The notes beneath the pieces were generated by a model, which saw only the letters and a program-made list of their open reading frames with translations, was not told the origin of the DNA and did not search any database. From assembly GCA_005223125.1 (NCBI GenBank), contig NJBH01000006.1, forward strand, positions 32,001 to 96,000: DNA of 64,000 nt. Direction: 5' to 3'. Source of the stretch: Promethearchaeota archaeon Loki_b32 (GTDB taxonomy: Archaea > Asgardarchaeota > Lokiarchaeia > Sigyniarchaeales > SOKP01). Position numbers and translations under genes: made by a program. Positions 48,212-58,275 of this stretch are shown piece after piece. Within the stretch, counting starts at the first letter, position 1; each line of letters begins with the position of its first letter.

Positions 48212-49087
48212 ATCGAGTTTCTAATTATAACATCAACTGAAGATAAAGCATCAATGAATATAAGAGAGAATTTTTTAAATTCTAAAGTTCATAATTTCGA
48301 AGAAACAGATATTAGGTGGCATAAAAATCCAATATTTAAATTAAAAGGGAATTTTAAAGAAAATGAAATATTTTTAGGTTTAACAAAAGAGCCATTAATT
48401 TTTCTGAATGATTTAAGATTAGATGAGTCAGAGTTAAATCCCGATTTACTTATTTTTGCAAGTCGACACACTTCAAAGACTGCTCGACCAGCATTTTTAG
48501 TCCATACTACAGGAAATTGGGGTGAAGATGCAGATTTTGGTGGCAATTCTCAAGATTTATCAAAAACAAGCGCTTTACTTCACAAGGCAGGATTTGTTTC
48601 ATTGATTGAACAAGAACTTTCGCCCCAATTAGCAGAGTTTTCGATTGATGTTGAAGTTACTCATCATGGGCCTACAATATTAGAAAAACCCTTAATATTC
48701 ATGGAATTAGGGAGTAGTAAGGGAGAGTGGATTATTAGTAATGCGGGAGAACTTCTTGCCAATGTAATAATTAACACAATCTTCAAATACTTAGAATTTA
48801 ATGAAAAAAAAAGTGATATAATAGGTTTGGGTTTTGGAGGAACACACTATGCTCCAAATTTTAATAGACTTATTCGAAACAAGAATATTGCAATGTCTTT
48901 TATTTGTCCCAAATATTATGTTCAACAATTGAATGTAGAGTTGATATCAAAAATGATTAATAATACGCTTGAAAAAGTTGATTATTTCATTGTTGATTGG
49001 AAAGGGACCAATTCTGAAAATAAAAAGCATCTAATTCCTCTTTTGGAAGAATTTAAAATCCCAATAAAAAAGACAAAAGAGTTTTAA
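48212..49087 (+). CDS. dtdA: Archaeal D-aminoacyl-tRNA deacylase (DTD2); probable ATC start at 48212
   Basis: FASRH, VHTTGN, EVTHHGP, MELGS, GFGGTHYA, PKY, DWK; conserved N-terminal IITSTEDKASMNI lies upstream of the first ATG (48254). Confidence 0.9.
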   Translation: MEFLIITSTEDKASMNIRENFLNSKVHNFEETDIRWHKNPIFKLKGNFKENEIFLGLTKEPLIFLNDLRLDESELNPDLLIFASRHTSKTARPAFLVHTTGNWGEDADFGGNSQDLSKTSALLHKAGFVSLIEQELSPQLAEFSIDVEVTHHGPTILEKPLIFMELGSSKGEWIISNAGELLANVIINTIFKYLEFNEKKSDIIGLGFGGTHYAPNFNRLIRNKNIAMSFICPKYYVQQLNVELISKMINNTLEKVDYFIVDWKGTNSENKKHLIPLLEEFKIPIKKTKEF

Positions 49088-49117
49088 TGTTCCAGTATTT
49101 AGAAAATTGAGCTAAAC

Positions 49118-49987
49118 CTAATTTGGTTCTTCCTTTATTTTTTCATAGTATTTAACTAAATTTTTAAAAACAAAATTAGTAGGAGAAAATCCTTGAGTTG
49201 CGGTTTTTAGCAGAATTTTCTGAAGAAAATCATGATATTTTATATTCTGATCTAAAGTCACATTTAATTCTCTGATGTTAAAGAAGCTACGAAAAAATAA
49301 CGTTGGCCAATCTACCAAAGATTGTAGTAATTGAGTATAAACTAATTTTCCATCCTTGGTTAATGCTATTTCCTTATTTAAATAGTAGTAATTAGTTTTC
49401 CCCTTCTTTTCTACAATAACAATTCCTTCTGCCTCAATTTCTTTCATAAGGTTATTTACATCAGCTAGTTCTATACCTTTCATATTTAATTTCTTTAAAC
49501 TATACAAAATTTCCAAATCTGATAGACCTTGTAATTTAATCAATGTATAATTTCTGCCAATTATGTTGTATTTCAATGGAACAGATTCATGATCTAATTT
49601 ATTATATTGTATTAAATTGCCCAAAATTTCTTTTGCTATGAAATATTTTAAAATTAATTGATCCTCTTCAGAGAAATCTTTCTTAAATAATTCTGAATCG
49701 AAATAAGAACTATATAAGGTGTGCAATAATGTTTTTGTAGAATAAAATCCATCCACCGTAGCTTGTTCAACGTTTTTTAAAACATCAATCCTGTAATCAA
49801 TATCCTTTAAGAATTTAGTTTTGTCAAGAGGTATTTGGCGGACAATATGAGGTTTTTCATCAAAAGGTTTTAAGTATTCATCCCATTTTTTTTTGAAACG
49901 AGGGGATTGAGTTTTTACTATTTTGGAGAGTTTGTATACTACCTCAAAAAGTTTATTTAGAAATTCAGTTTCAGAAACCTTAGTCAT
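49118..49987 (-). CDS. Hypothetical protein, possible winged-helix region
   Basis: 289-aa ORF with host-like codon use; LMKEIEAEGIVIV..K...YY is wHTH-like. Confidence 0.65.
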   Translation of the reverse strand: MTKVSETEFLNKLFEVVYKLSKIVKTQSPRFKKKWDEYLKPFDEKPHIVRQIPLDKTKFLKDIDYRIDVLKNVEQATVDGFYSTKTLLHTLYSSYFDSELFKKDFSEEDQLILKYFIAKEILGNLIQYNKLDHESVPLKYNIIGRNYTLIKLQGLSDLEILYSLKKLNMKGIELADVNNLMKEIEAEGIVIVEKKGKTNYYYLNKEIALTKDGKLVYTQLLQSLVDWPTLFFRSFFNIRELNVTLDQNIKYHDFLQKILLKTATQGFSPTNFVFKNLVKYYEKIKEEPN

Positions 49988-50182
49988 CCTTGAAATACCT
50001 TAGCCTTAATCCATTTTTTTTTTTCCTTCTATTAATAATATTATGACCTAAATATTTTTAAATTTTAGATAAAAAAACGAATGCGATCATACAATTAGAG
50101 CACAGATTTTAATTTATAAAAATTTAAATAAAAAAAATATAATTATTGAAAATTTGTTATTTAACACGATGAAGGTTATTTA

Positions 50183-50641
50183 TTAACCCTCTTTTCTGAA
50201 TTTCATATATGAAACTATACATAATGAGAATATTATTATATAGAGCGTCATGAGAATTGTTAATAATATGCTAAATTCACCTGCACTGGCAAATAAAGCT
50301 ATAGCACGAATAGATAATATAATGCTTATTGCTGTGAAGACATTGCATATAATACTTACTGTTTTAAATTTTCTCAAGGCAATTTGAAGTATACCTAAAA
50401 CAACATAAATTATAACAGCAATTACAGTACCAATAATAGTCATTAATAAAGCAAATATAACAATTGCAATACCTTCAAATAAACTCACCGCTTCATCGAG
50501 ATCAATAATGAAGGCAGAATAAATCACTGTTGCATTTATATCAAGAAAGAAGGTAACAATTCGCAATATTGCAACTAAAATACATAAATTCCCCGCAACG
50601 ATTCTTAAAATTTTATTAATTTCCATATTAGATTCTCCCAA
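50183..50641 (-). CDS. Hypothetical 4-TM membrane protein
   Basis: Four long hydrophobic segments. Confidence 0.7.
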   Translation of the reverse strand: MGESNMEINKILRIVAGNLCILVAILRIVTFFLDINATVIYSAFIIDLDEAVSLFEGIAIVIFALLMTIIGTVIAVIIYVVLGILQIALRKFKTVSIICNVFTAISIILSIRAIALFASAGEFSILLTILMTLYIIIFSLCIVSYMKFRKEG

Positions 50642-50719
50642 AATTATAATTTTAATTTATTAATTAATATTAACTTAAATATTTTAAAAAATATTCTTCT
50701 TATTTGCCTATAAATAATT

Positions 50720-51127
50720 GTGAAACGAGAAGAAAAAATGAAAATTGAGCATGTAGCTGTAGGACACAATTCTGAATTAGAAGCGGATATGTTTTTTATC
50801 GAATTACTTGGAATGAAAAAAACGCGATCAAAATCAGTTCCCGCTGATTTAATGGAAAAGTTTTTTAGTGTGAAAAGAGAACATACACTTCTAGTTTATG
50901 AATATGCAGATTTGAATTTTGAAGTGTTTATTACTGATGATAAAAGTAAAGCAAGTGATATGTTTACTCATTGTTGCTTATTGATTGATAATAGAGATGA
51001 GTTTGTTGATAAAGCATCCTCAATGGGATATGACGTAGTGAAAGTTCCTAGAGATGTTAGCAATGGATATTATCTTTTTATAAGAGATTCCTTTCACAAC
51101 ATTTATGAAATTAAGGAAAATATGTAA
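50720..51127 (+). CDS. VOC/glyoxalase-family protein
   Basis: IEHVAV, FF.ELLGM, FEVF, THCCL, FIRDSFHNIYEI. Confidence 0.85.
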   Translation: MKREEKMKIEHVAVGHNSELEADMFFIELLGMKKTRSKSVPADLMEKFFSVKREHTLLVYEYADLNFEVFITDDKSKASDMFTHCCLLIDNRDEFVDKASSMGYDVVKVPRDVSNGYYLFIRDSFHNIYEIKENM

Positions 51128-51132
51128 ATTGA

Positions 51133-51570
51133 TTAATCTGATTTTTTTAAAATCCCTGAATTTTTAATGATTTCCATATGGTCAAACGCTAATTTTAAAG
51201 AAGAGACTTATGTTAAGGGTACCAGTTCTAATTCAGCCGCATCATCTTTGGCTTTTGGTTTTTCCTTTTTTGTCTTCGGTTTACATAAGAAAGCAATAGA
51301 AACAGTATGTCCCCTCGGATCACGTTTAGGATCGGAAAAAACTCCAATTACATTGATAATGTTCACATTTATGTTTGTTTCTTCAAAAGCTTCCCTAATA
51401 CACGCTTCTTCTACAGTTTCTCCTATATCTACAAAACCTCCTGGCAGTGCTAAATCCCTCATGAAAGGAGGGTTTTTTCTCCGAATCAGAACTAAATCTC
51501 TTTTGTTATTAACCAAAATGACTGCATCAACAGTTAATAAGGGAGTTAATGGTTTAGGCATATTATTCAT
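51133..51570 (-). pseudogene. NUDIX hydrolase (ADP-ribose pyrophosphatase-like) with premature TAA at 51208-51210
   Basis: Nudix box GGFVDIGETVEEACIREAFEET, RDPRGH; past the TAA the same frame reads VSSLKLAFDHMEII..., the conserved LAFDH motif. Confidence 0.8.
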
Positions 51571-52384
51571 CCCATACTTCTGATGCAAGTAAATGCTCTA
51601 TCCTTGTTTTCCTAGGTCTAATAAATTCTGTATGATGTTCCTTACGTTCCACTAATAAACTTTTCTCAAGATTAATTGAATTAACTATGTAGACTTCTAA
51701 ATCCCCTTCATTAAGAAAAATATGATTAAAACTAGGCGAATCATCAGCGCGGACTTTATTTGAAGTTGAAGTACCACAATAAAGAAATGTTGTACTTGAA
51801 GAATTCTTCCAAGAAATTGTATAAGCATGAGGAACATGGCGATGACCCATTAATACTAAATCTATTTCAAATAAATTAGTAAACTCTAGAATTTCTCCAG
51901 CATCTCGAACAGTTGTAAATTTTTGTCCAGACATTGGAATAGGAATTAAATGGTGATGTAATGCAATTACTCTATCTTCTAAATTCCTGTTAAATTGGCG
52001 TGCTAACCAATCGAGTTGCTCGTCACCGATTTCGCCAGACGCGATATCATCTTTCGCAGAGCAAACACCTACTATTATGGCATCTTTTTCATTTAGAACC
52101 ACTCTAGACCTTCTTGGTCCAATTATTTTCTCAAAAAATACGAGACCAGAATTTTTGGCATCATGATTGCCGGGTACTGCCATGAATTTAGTAATATCTT
52201 TTATTCTTTTAATATATTGAACTACATTTTTAAATTGAACAACCCTTCCCTTATGTACAATATCTCCCGTACATATCACTATATCAGGGCGAATTTCATC
52301 AATGTAACTAATAATATTTTCGAATAGGTCTTCTCTAAACTCACTTCCATAATGTAAATCACTGATTTGTATGATTTCTACCAA
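51563..52384 (-). CDS. Calcineurin-like metallophosphoesterase (CpdA/Icc-like)
   Basis: SDLH, TGD, PGNHD, LHHH, GHRH. Confidence 0.92.
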   Translation of the reverse strand: MVEIIQISDLHYGSEFREDLFENIISYIDEIRPDIVICTGDIVHKGRVVQFKNVVQYIKRIKDITKFMAVPGNHDAKNSGLVFFEKIIGPRRSRVVLNEKDAIIVGVCSAKDDIASGEIGDEQLDWLARQFNRNLEDRVIALHHHLIPIPMSGQKFTTVRDAGEILEFTNLFEIDLVLMGHRHVPHAYTISWKNSSSTTFLYCGTSTSNKVRADDSPSFNHIFLNEGDLEVYIVNSINLEKSLLVERKEHHTEFIRPRKTRIEHLLASEVWDE

Positions 52385-52625
52385 TATTTCAGCACACCAT
52401 CATATTAAGTTTAATTTTTAAGAGAGAATTTCTATAATTTATAAATTTAATAATTAGTACTAAATTTAAAATGTTTTTGATGAGATAAAAATCTTAAACA
52501 AAAAAGATTAGATTATGAATATTTAAGTTAAATAAAAGCTAAAAAATATTTAGTTGTAGTTCTCTACATTGAAAGAATGAATTGTCATAGCAAGTTGCTG
52601 TAATTTGCGTTGAAAAATAGTAGGT

Positions 52626-55592
52626 TTAAATGTTCTTTATTTTACCTTTAATACAAGTTTTAACATCATCAATACTTATTTCCTTATCATTGATAAAACC
52701 CTGCCCATAATCTTTTTTACCTCCACCCTTTCCATTAAACATGATCACAACATCTTTAACAAAGGTACCCACATTAAACTCAGATTCTTGAGCAGGTTTA
52801 GAACCTATCATTCCCAATACCATGATTCCTTTTTCAGTTTTATTTGTAAAAATAGCAATAACATCATTAGAATATTTCATCACTCTAACTGAGAAGTTTT
52901 TCAGATCATCTTGAGATAAACCATCAAAAGATTCTATAATCAACTTGTAGTGTTTAAATGTTTGAGCGTTATTGACAAGATCCTCAATATAATCGTCACT
53001 AAGAAGGTTTTTCATCTGCTTGATCTTTTTTATTCCCTCAGCCCATTCACTATAAAACTTTTGAATTTTACTTGGTACATCATCTTTTTTAACACTTAAA
53101 AATTGAGAAATTTCGGATAGAACATCTACTTCAAATGTTTCATTAGATGTTAGTTGTAGATCTCTCTCATTTATTATACCGGACTTAAGAGTTTTATTTA
53201 CATTTTTCCATTTTTCGAATAACTCTACTACCCGGTTGACGAGTTGTTTGCGTTCAACTTTTAAAATTCTTTTTAATTCATCAAGAATTCTTTTATGTTT
53301 TTCTTTTAACTTATTTGTTGCTTCCCCGGCAACAAATGTAAGTCTGACAATACCATCTTGTATCTTTTGTGATTTAGTGATATGTATATATCCAGTTTCT
53401 GAAGTGTTATTTAGATGTGTACCACCACAAGCCTCAACGTCAACCCCGGGAATCTCAACGATTCTTAAATTTTTTCCGGGTACAGCTCCTCCTTGATAAA
53501 TTGCCATACCATATTTTTGTTCTGCTTCAGTACGAGGTATGAAGTCTAGATGAAGATCTATGCCTTTTTCGACTATCTGATTTGCTCTCTTTTCAATTTC
53601 CAGAATTTTTTCTCTAGGAATTTGTTCATAATGTGTAATATCCAAATGAGAATTTTTTAACGTTTTTTTAGCCCCTGCTTGATTTATATGACTTCCTAAA
53701 ACATCTCGTGCTACCGCATTAACAATATGAGTAGCAGTGTGATGTTGTGAGAGCTGAGTACGCCAATTTTTATCAACTTCTACGTTAACAATATCTCCCT
53801 CATTAAAAGTAAGATTCTCATCTAAAACATGAACGGTATAATTACCTTGTTTAAAAACATCAGAAAATTTTTGTCCATTAATTGTTCCTACATCATGAAG
53901 TTGCCCTCCAGAGGTAGGATATGCAACGGTTTTATCCAAAATAACCATTTTATCAATGATTTTTAGAACCGTCGCTTTATTTGAAATCTCAGTATAATCA
54001 TAATAATAAAGTGATTTTGTTTCAGGGATTCCTCCTAAATCCAATTCAATTTCTTTTATTGTTGCATGAATTTGCTCGTTTATTTCATGTCTTTCAACTA
54101 CTAAATGATAAAAATCGTCAGGAATATTTACTTTTACACCATAATTTTTAGCTGCTGTTTTTACCATATCAGGGCTTATACCATTAGAATCATATAATTC
54201 TATTAGAGTTTCAGTAGAAATTTCACCTTTTTTTAAGATTTTTTCTAGAATTTTTCCTGCTTTTTTCTTAGTAGCATAAAATTTCTCTTTTTCAACATCT
54301 AAGATTTCGCGAATTTCATCTAAATGTTCTGAAACTTCAGGAAATATACCTTCCAGTTCTTTAGCATGCCAAGTACACACATCAGCCATATTAATATCCC
54401 AATTGAATTTATCGATAAAACTTATAGCTCGTCGAAATATTACTCTTAAATTATATCCTCCACCAACATTTGAGGGAAGCTTTCCATCATTTATCGCAAA
54501 AAGTAAGCTACGCGCATGCTCAGCAATAGAATATAGTGCCGTCATCGGTAAAACTTTTTGTTTTAATTCCTTTACTCCAATCTCTAATTCTTTAGCAACG
54601 CGATTCCAAGCTTCATCCATATTGTCTACTTCATCCACATTTAGATAAGCAGAATATTGTGAAAAACGATTATATAACTCTAAGTCTAACTCGATTTTAG
54701 TGATTACTCTTAATTTTGACAAAACAAAAGGAAATATAGCCTCGTACATGTTAGGTGTGCCTTGTGAAAACCATGCTACACGCTCTTGACCAAGTCCCAT
54801 ATCAAGAACTTTAAGTTTAAGTTCACGTGGGCCTTCAGGAGTTTGTTCAAACATAGTATAAACTTGATTAAATAGCTCTACACCTCTACTGAAGAATTCA
54901 AGACTACAACCAAAGGAACCTCCTCCAGCCCAAGAGTCTTCATGTATTGTTATTTCTTCTTTTGGTAAACCTACACCCTTATGAATAAAATCATGTATAT
55001 CCATAAATAGTTCACCTTGATTCCATTCTTCGGGGGATACAAACGAATGTTGCCCAATCATTACGAAACCAGTGTTGTGTGAACCTGTTATCCCCACGTT
55101 TTCAATGTCATTAAACCTTAAACAAAACTGGGGGATTACTAGCTTTTTAGCGGGAGGTTCTACTTCTCCCGTAATAACATAGGGTTGGAATGCAGATATT
55201 GAAGCAATTGTAAATTCCGAAGTTGGATTCCATCGAGCTACGCAGGGATATCTTTTTATGGGAAGGTAACCTCGGGGTTCTAAAATCTCTACGATTTTTT
55301 CCCAAACTCCAATAAAGGACAATTCTACTTTAGAGGGATTATTAATAACAACTTGAAATCCTCCTGAACATGTGGGATCTCCACAAACTTCTCTGTTTTT
55401 AAGTGTAGTCCAGAAATAAGTGCCACAACATTCACAATTTTTTCTCATATATCCTAATTCTCTGAGTTCAGTAGTAGGAAAATAAGCATCAGGATTTCTT
55501 GAGGCTATTTTTTTGAAATTTTGTTTTAACTCTTTATCTGTGTGAGCATCCTTAAATTCCAACTTTTCTTTATCTGAGAGCACTATAATCAA
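52626..55592 (-). CDS. alaS: Alanine--tRNA ligase, archaeal type
   Basis: N-terminal Zn motif, VARW, IASI..FQP, Q.CLRFND, DMGLGQER, editing HTATH and CGGTH, C-Ala GKGGG. Confidence 0.97.
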   Translation of the reverse strand: MIIVLSDKEKLEFKDAHTDKELKQNFKKIASRNPDAYFPTTELRELGYMRKNCECCGTYFWTTLKNREVCGDPTCSGGFQVVINNPSKVELSFIGVWEKIVEILEPRGYLPIKRYPCVARWNPTSEFTIASISAFQPYVITGEVEPPAKKLVIPQFCLRFNDIENVGITGSHNTGFVMIGQHSFVSPEEWNQGELFMDIHDFIHKGVGLPKEEITIHEDSWAGGGSFGCSLEFFSRGVELFNQVYTMFEQTPEGPRELKLKVLDMGLGQERVAWFSQGTPNMYEAIFPFVLSKLRVITKIELDLELYNRFSQYSAYLNVDEVDNMDEAWNRVAKELEIGVKELKQKVLPMTALYSIAEHARSLLFAINDGKLPSNVGGGYNLRVIFRRAISFIDKFNWDINMADVCTWHAKELEGIFPEVSEHLDEIREILDVEKEKFYATKKKAGKILEKILKKGEISTETLIELYDSNGISPDMVKTAAKNYGVKVNIPDDFYHLVVERHEINEQIHATIKEIELDLGGIPETKSLYYYDYTEISNKATVLKIIDKMVILDKTVAYPTSGGQLHDVGTINGQKFSDVFKQGNYTVHVLDENLTFNEGDIVNVEVDKNWRTQLSQHHTATHIVNAVARDVLGSHINQAGAKKTLKNSHLDITHYEQIPREKILEIEKRANQIVEKGIDLHLDFIPRTEAEQKYGMAIYQGGAVPGKNLRIVEIPGVDVEACGGTHLNNTSETGYIHITKSQKIQDGIVRLTFVAGEATNKLKEKHKRILDELKRILKVERKQLVNRVVELFEKWKNVNKTLKSGIINERDLQLTSNETFEVDVLSEISQFLSVKKDDVPSKIQKFYSEWAEGIKKIKQMKNLLSDDYIEDLVNNAQTFKHYKLIIESFDGLSQDDLKNFSVRVMKYSNDVIAIFTNKTEKGIMVLGMIGSKPAQESEFNVGTFVKDVVIMFNGKGGGKKDYGQGFINDKEISIDDVKTCIKGKIKNI

Positions 55593-55828
55593 ATTATATT
55601 AATCAAAACTATTTCATATAATAATTAAAAGAATTACGATTCTCCTATAATAATTTCATTTTATATTTTATTTCTTAACAATTTTATTATATATTTTCTG
55701 AATTTAACTTCTAATAAAAAACAGTAACGTTATCTATACTACTCCGCTGATAAAGCTTTTAAACTATAAAATTAATTTTTACTTACAAAAATATCTAATT
55801 TAGAATTATATAGAGAGGTAGAAATCAA

Positions 55829-56131
55829 ATGGCTCATATGTTAGTTACAGGTTGGTATCCACCAAATAAAGCTCAAGAATTACTGAAAGTGTTTATGTCA
55901 AAGGATAAACCAGCATACCCCGATTTCGTAAAAAAAATCCATCACTGGACAGTAGTGTCTTCAGATGGTTATTATAAAACATATGCCGTATATGAATTTC
56001 CAGATGATAAAATAATAGAAACACAGAAAGCACTTGGTAAAAGATATATTTTATATGCCACAGTGGAGGGCTACAGATACTATCCTGAATTATTAATGGA
56101 TGCTGAAGAAGCGATCAAACTTCTTCTTTAA
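55829..56131 (+). CDS. Small hypothetical alpha/beta protein
   Basis: 100-aa ORF with GAGGT SD and T-tract terminator. Confidence 0.7.
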   Translation: MAHMLVTGWYPPNKAQELLKVFMSKDKPAYPDFVKKIHHWTVVSSDGYYKTYAVYEFPDDKIIETQKALGKRYILYATVEGYRYYPELLMDAEEAIKLLL

Positions 56132-56155
56132 TTTTAATAACTTTTTAATTTTTTT

Positions 56156-56602
56156 TTATAATTCTAAAACCTGAAGTCTTGAGTATCCGTCTTTTATAAA
56201 ATCATAATCAAGAAGTTCTATTTTTTCAGGTATAATTTTTAATATTAGTTTTCTTCTTCCTCGCACAATTTTTTGAGCTTTTTCGAATTCTGTATCTCCT
56301 TCTTTTAAAAGCATTAACCTATTTTTGCCAGAAGCAGTAATTTGCATTCCTTGGATTTTACCCTCAGATAATGGTGTATATATACCAATACTGATATTAG
56401 GATTTTGTTCTATATTTTTAACTTTCCTTCCAGGAGCAGGGCCAACATAAATATTAAAACTATCCTTTTCTGTATAAAAATCCATCGGAGTTGCGCGAGG
56501 AATATTATTATTGCAAGTACAGAGAACTAATACTTTCCTCTTATCCAAATATTCACGAATTTGTTTTTTAAGTTCTTCTTTAGGCATTTCTTTTTCATTC
56601 AT
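56156..56602 (-). CDS. Pyridoxamine 5'-phosphate oxidase-like (split-barrel flavin-binding) protein
   Basis: LCTC..N.PRATP, RKVKNIEQNPNISI. Confidence 0.82.
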   Translation of the reverse strand: MNEKEMPKEELKKQIREYLDKRKVLVLCTCNNNIPRATPMDFYTEKDSFNIYVGPAPGRKVKNIEQNPNISIGIYTPLSEGKIQGMQITASGKNRLMLLKEGDTEFEKAQKIVRGRRKLILKIIPEKIELLDYDFIKDGYSRLQVLEL

Positions 56603-56855
56603 TTTTGAAATCTCAAATTAATCTCATTTAGATTATTTATTACAAATGAATAAATGAAGATAAATTTTTGAAAAGTAGTGATAAAATACTTAGTTTTTTT
56701 ATAATCCATCTTTAACAGAATTACCAGAAACGAGATAATTTCACAAAATTGTAAAATACATGATGAAATTGAAAAAGATCCTGAAGATCAAGTTTCTTTT
56801 CTTGTTGGGGTAATTTAAGTGATACTTTTTAAGATAAAAACCATTTTTTTATTGA

Positions 56856-58151
56856 ATGAACTTACCTGCAATACTATTGATTTTGGTTTTATTTGCCATT
56901 TTGATGGCTTTTTTTTCTCAAGATAAGATCGATTATTTCCCTATTGCATTAATCATCGGAGCCATCGCAGTAGTTTCAATGCTCACAATTTTTAATGTTG
57001 GAGAGGAAGAAATTATTGGATTTATTGATTTTAACACGTTAATCTTCATATTTGCTATGCAGATAATTATCTATTATGCAACTAATGACCGAGTTTTGGA
57101 ATATATCGCAGTTAAATTGATTCATATCACGAAAGGGAATAACCGGTTATTCTTCTATATGATTTGCCTGTTTACAGGTACTTTAGTTGCTTTTATCGAG
57201 GATTTAACCCTCTCGTTGATACTAATTCCATTAATCTACAGAACATGCCGAATATTAGAGATACGTCCAGGTACTTACATGATGGGGATGACCATTACTA
57301 TAAATATCGGGGCAATACTCACACCTGTCTCGAGTTTAAAAAATTTGATAATCGGTGAGGAATTTGGGTGGGGTTTTGGTCAATATCTTGCCAATATGGG
57401 TATTTTATTTATAATTACGTTAGTATCCACCATTTTCTTAATGGATTGGTTCATACTGAAAAAAGAAGAAAAACCAACTGAACGAAATAAGAAGATATTA
57501 TTGGAAATACTGGACCCGGGAATTGTGATCCAGAATAAAAAGTACTTTTTAATGACAATTGTCATTGTTCTATCCACTTTTGTGTTCATGTTCTTAGGAT
57601 TCGCCCCTGCTCTTGTCGCGATCATATCTGCAGCTATTCTTCTCCTTATCCACTCTAAGAATTCTAAATTCTCGGATATTAAAGACGATATCCCATTGAG
57701 AATCATCATTATATTTGCGATTTTGTTCATTCTTTCAAATTCTTTATCACGATTTGGCTTTTCAGAGTTGATCTCCACAGGTCTGGTAAACATGTCAAAT
57801 AATAACATTTATCTAGCCGTATTGATAACATTAAGTCTCTCGTCTCTCTTGTCCGCTTTTCTAGCGGGTACACCCGTTACCATCATCCTTCTTCCGATTT
57901 TTTCGACACTCATAGGAGAGGGTTTCTTTCCTAACCCGATCATTATTGCTTTCATAAGCGGGGTTAACATGGCAGGTAATTTTTTACCGCAGGGTTCTGC
58001 TTGTGATCTTCTCACCCTTTCATTAGCAAAAAAATACAAAGTGGTGAATTTGGATTACAAGCGTTTATTAAAAAATGGCGCGGTTTTCGCTATGATGCAC
58101 TTCCTCATTATATTGGCTTATACAATGGTCTATACTTTAATTTTAAGTTAA
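56856..58151 (+). CDS. ArsB/NhaD/SLC13-family permease, paralogue of 19697-21052
   Basis: Multi-TM; GMTITINIGAILTP, GNFLPQGSA, YKRLLKNG shared with the paralogue. Confidence 0.82.
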   Translation: MNLPAILLILVLFAILMAFFSQDKIDYFPIALIIGAIAVVSMLTIFNVGEEEIIGFIDFNTLIFIFAMQIIIYYATNDRVLEYIAVKLIHITKGNNRLFFYMICLFTGTLVAFIEDLTLSLILIPLIYRTCRILEIRPGTYMMGMTITINIGAILTPVSSLKNLIIGEEFGWGFGQYLANMGILFIITLVSTIFLMDWFILKKEEKPTERNKKILLEILDPGIVIQNKKYFLMTIVIVLSTFVFMFLGFAPALVAIISAAILLLIHSKNSKFSDIKDDIPLRIIIIFAILFILSNSLSRFGFSELISTGLVNMSNNNIYLAVLITLSLSSLLSAFLAGTPVTIILLPIFSTLIGEGFFPNPIIIAFISGVNMAGNFLPQGSACDLLTLSLAKKYKVVNLDYKRLLKNGAVFAMMHFLIILAYTMVYTLILS

Positions 58152-58275
58152 GAAATTCATATTTTTTACCCAATCACGTTATGAGTGAATATACTTGTGA
58201 AATCAGATTTAGAGAGATTAAGATAATTTTATTTAAATCTTTGAAATCCTGTAGAAACGATACTAATTGTTTATC

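Noticed and set aside
56760-56784. C/D-box sRNA (ATGATGA ... CTGA)
   Set aside because: Only 14 nt between the boxes, no downstream C'/D pair and no terminal stem.
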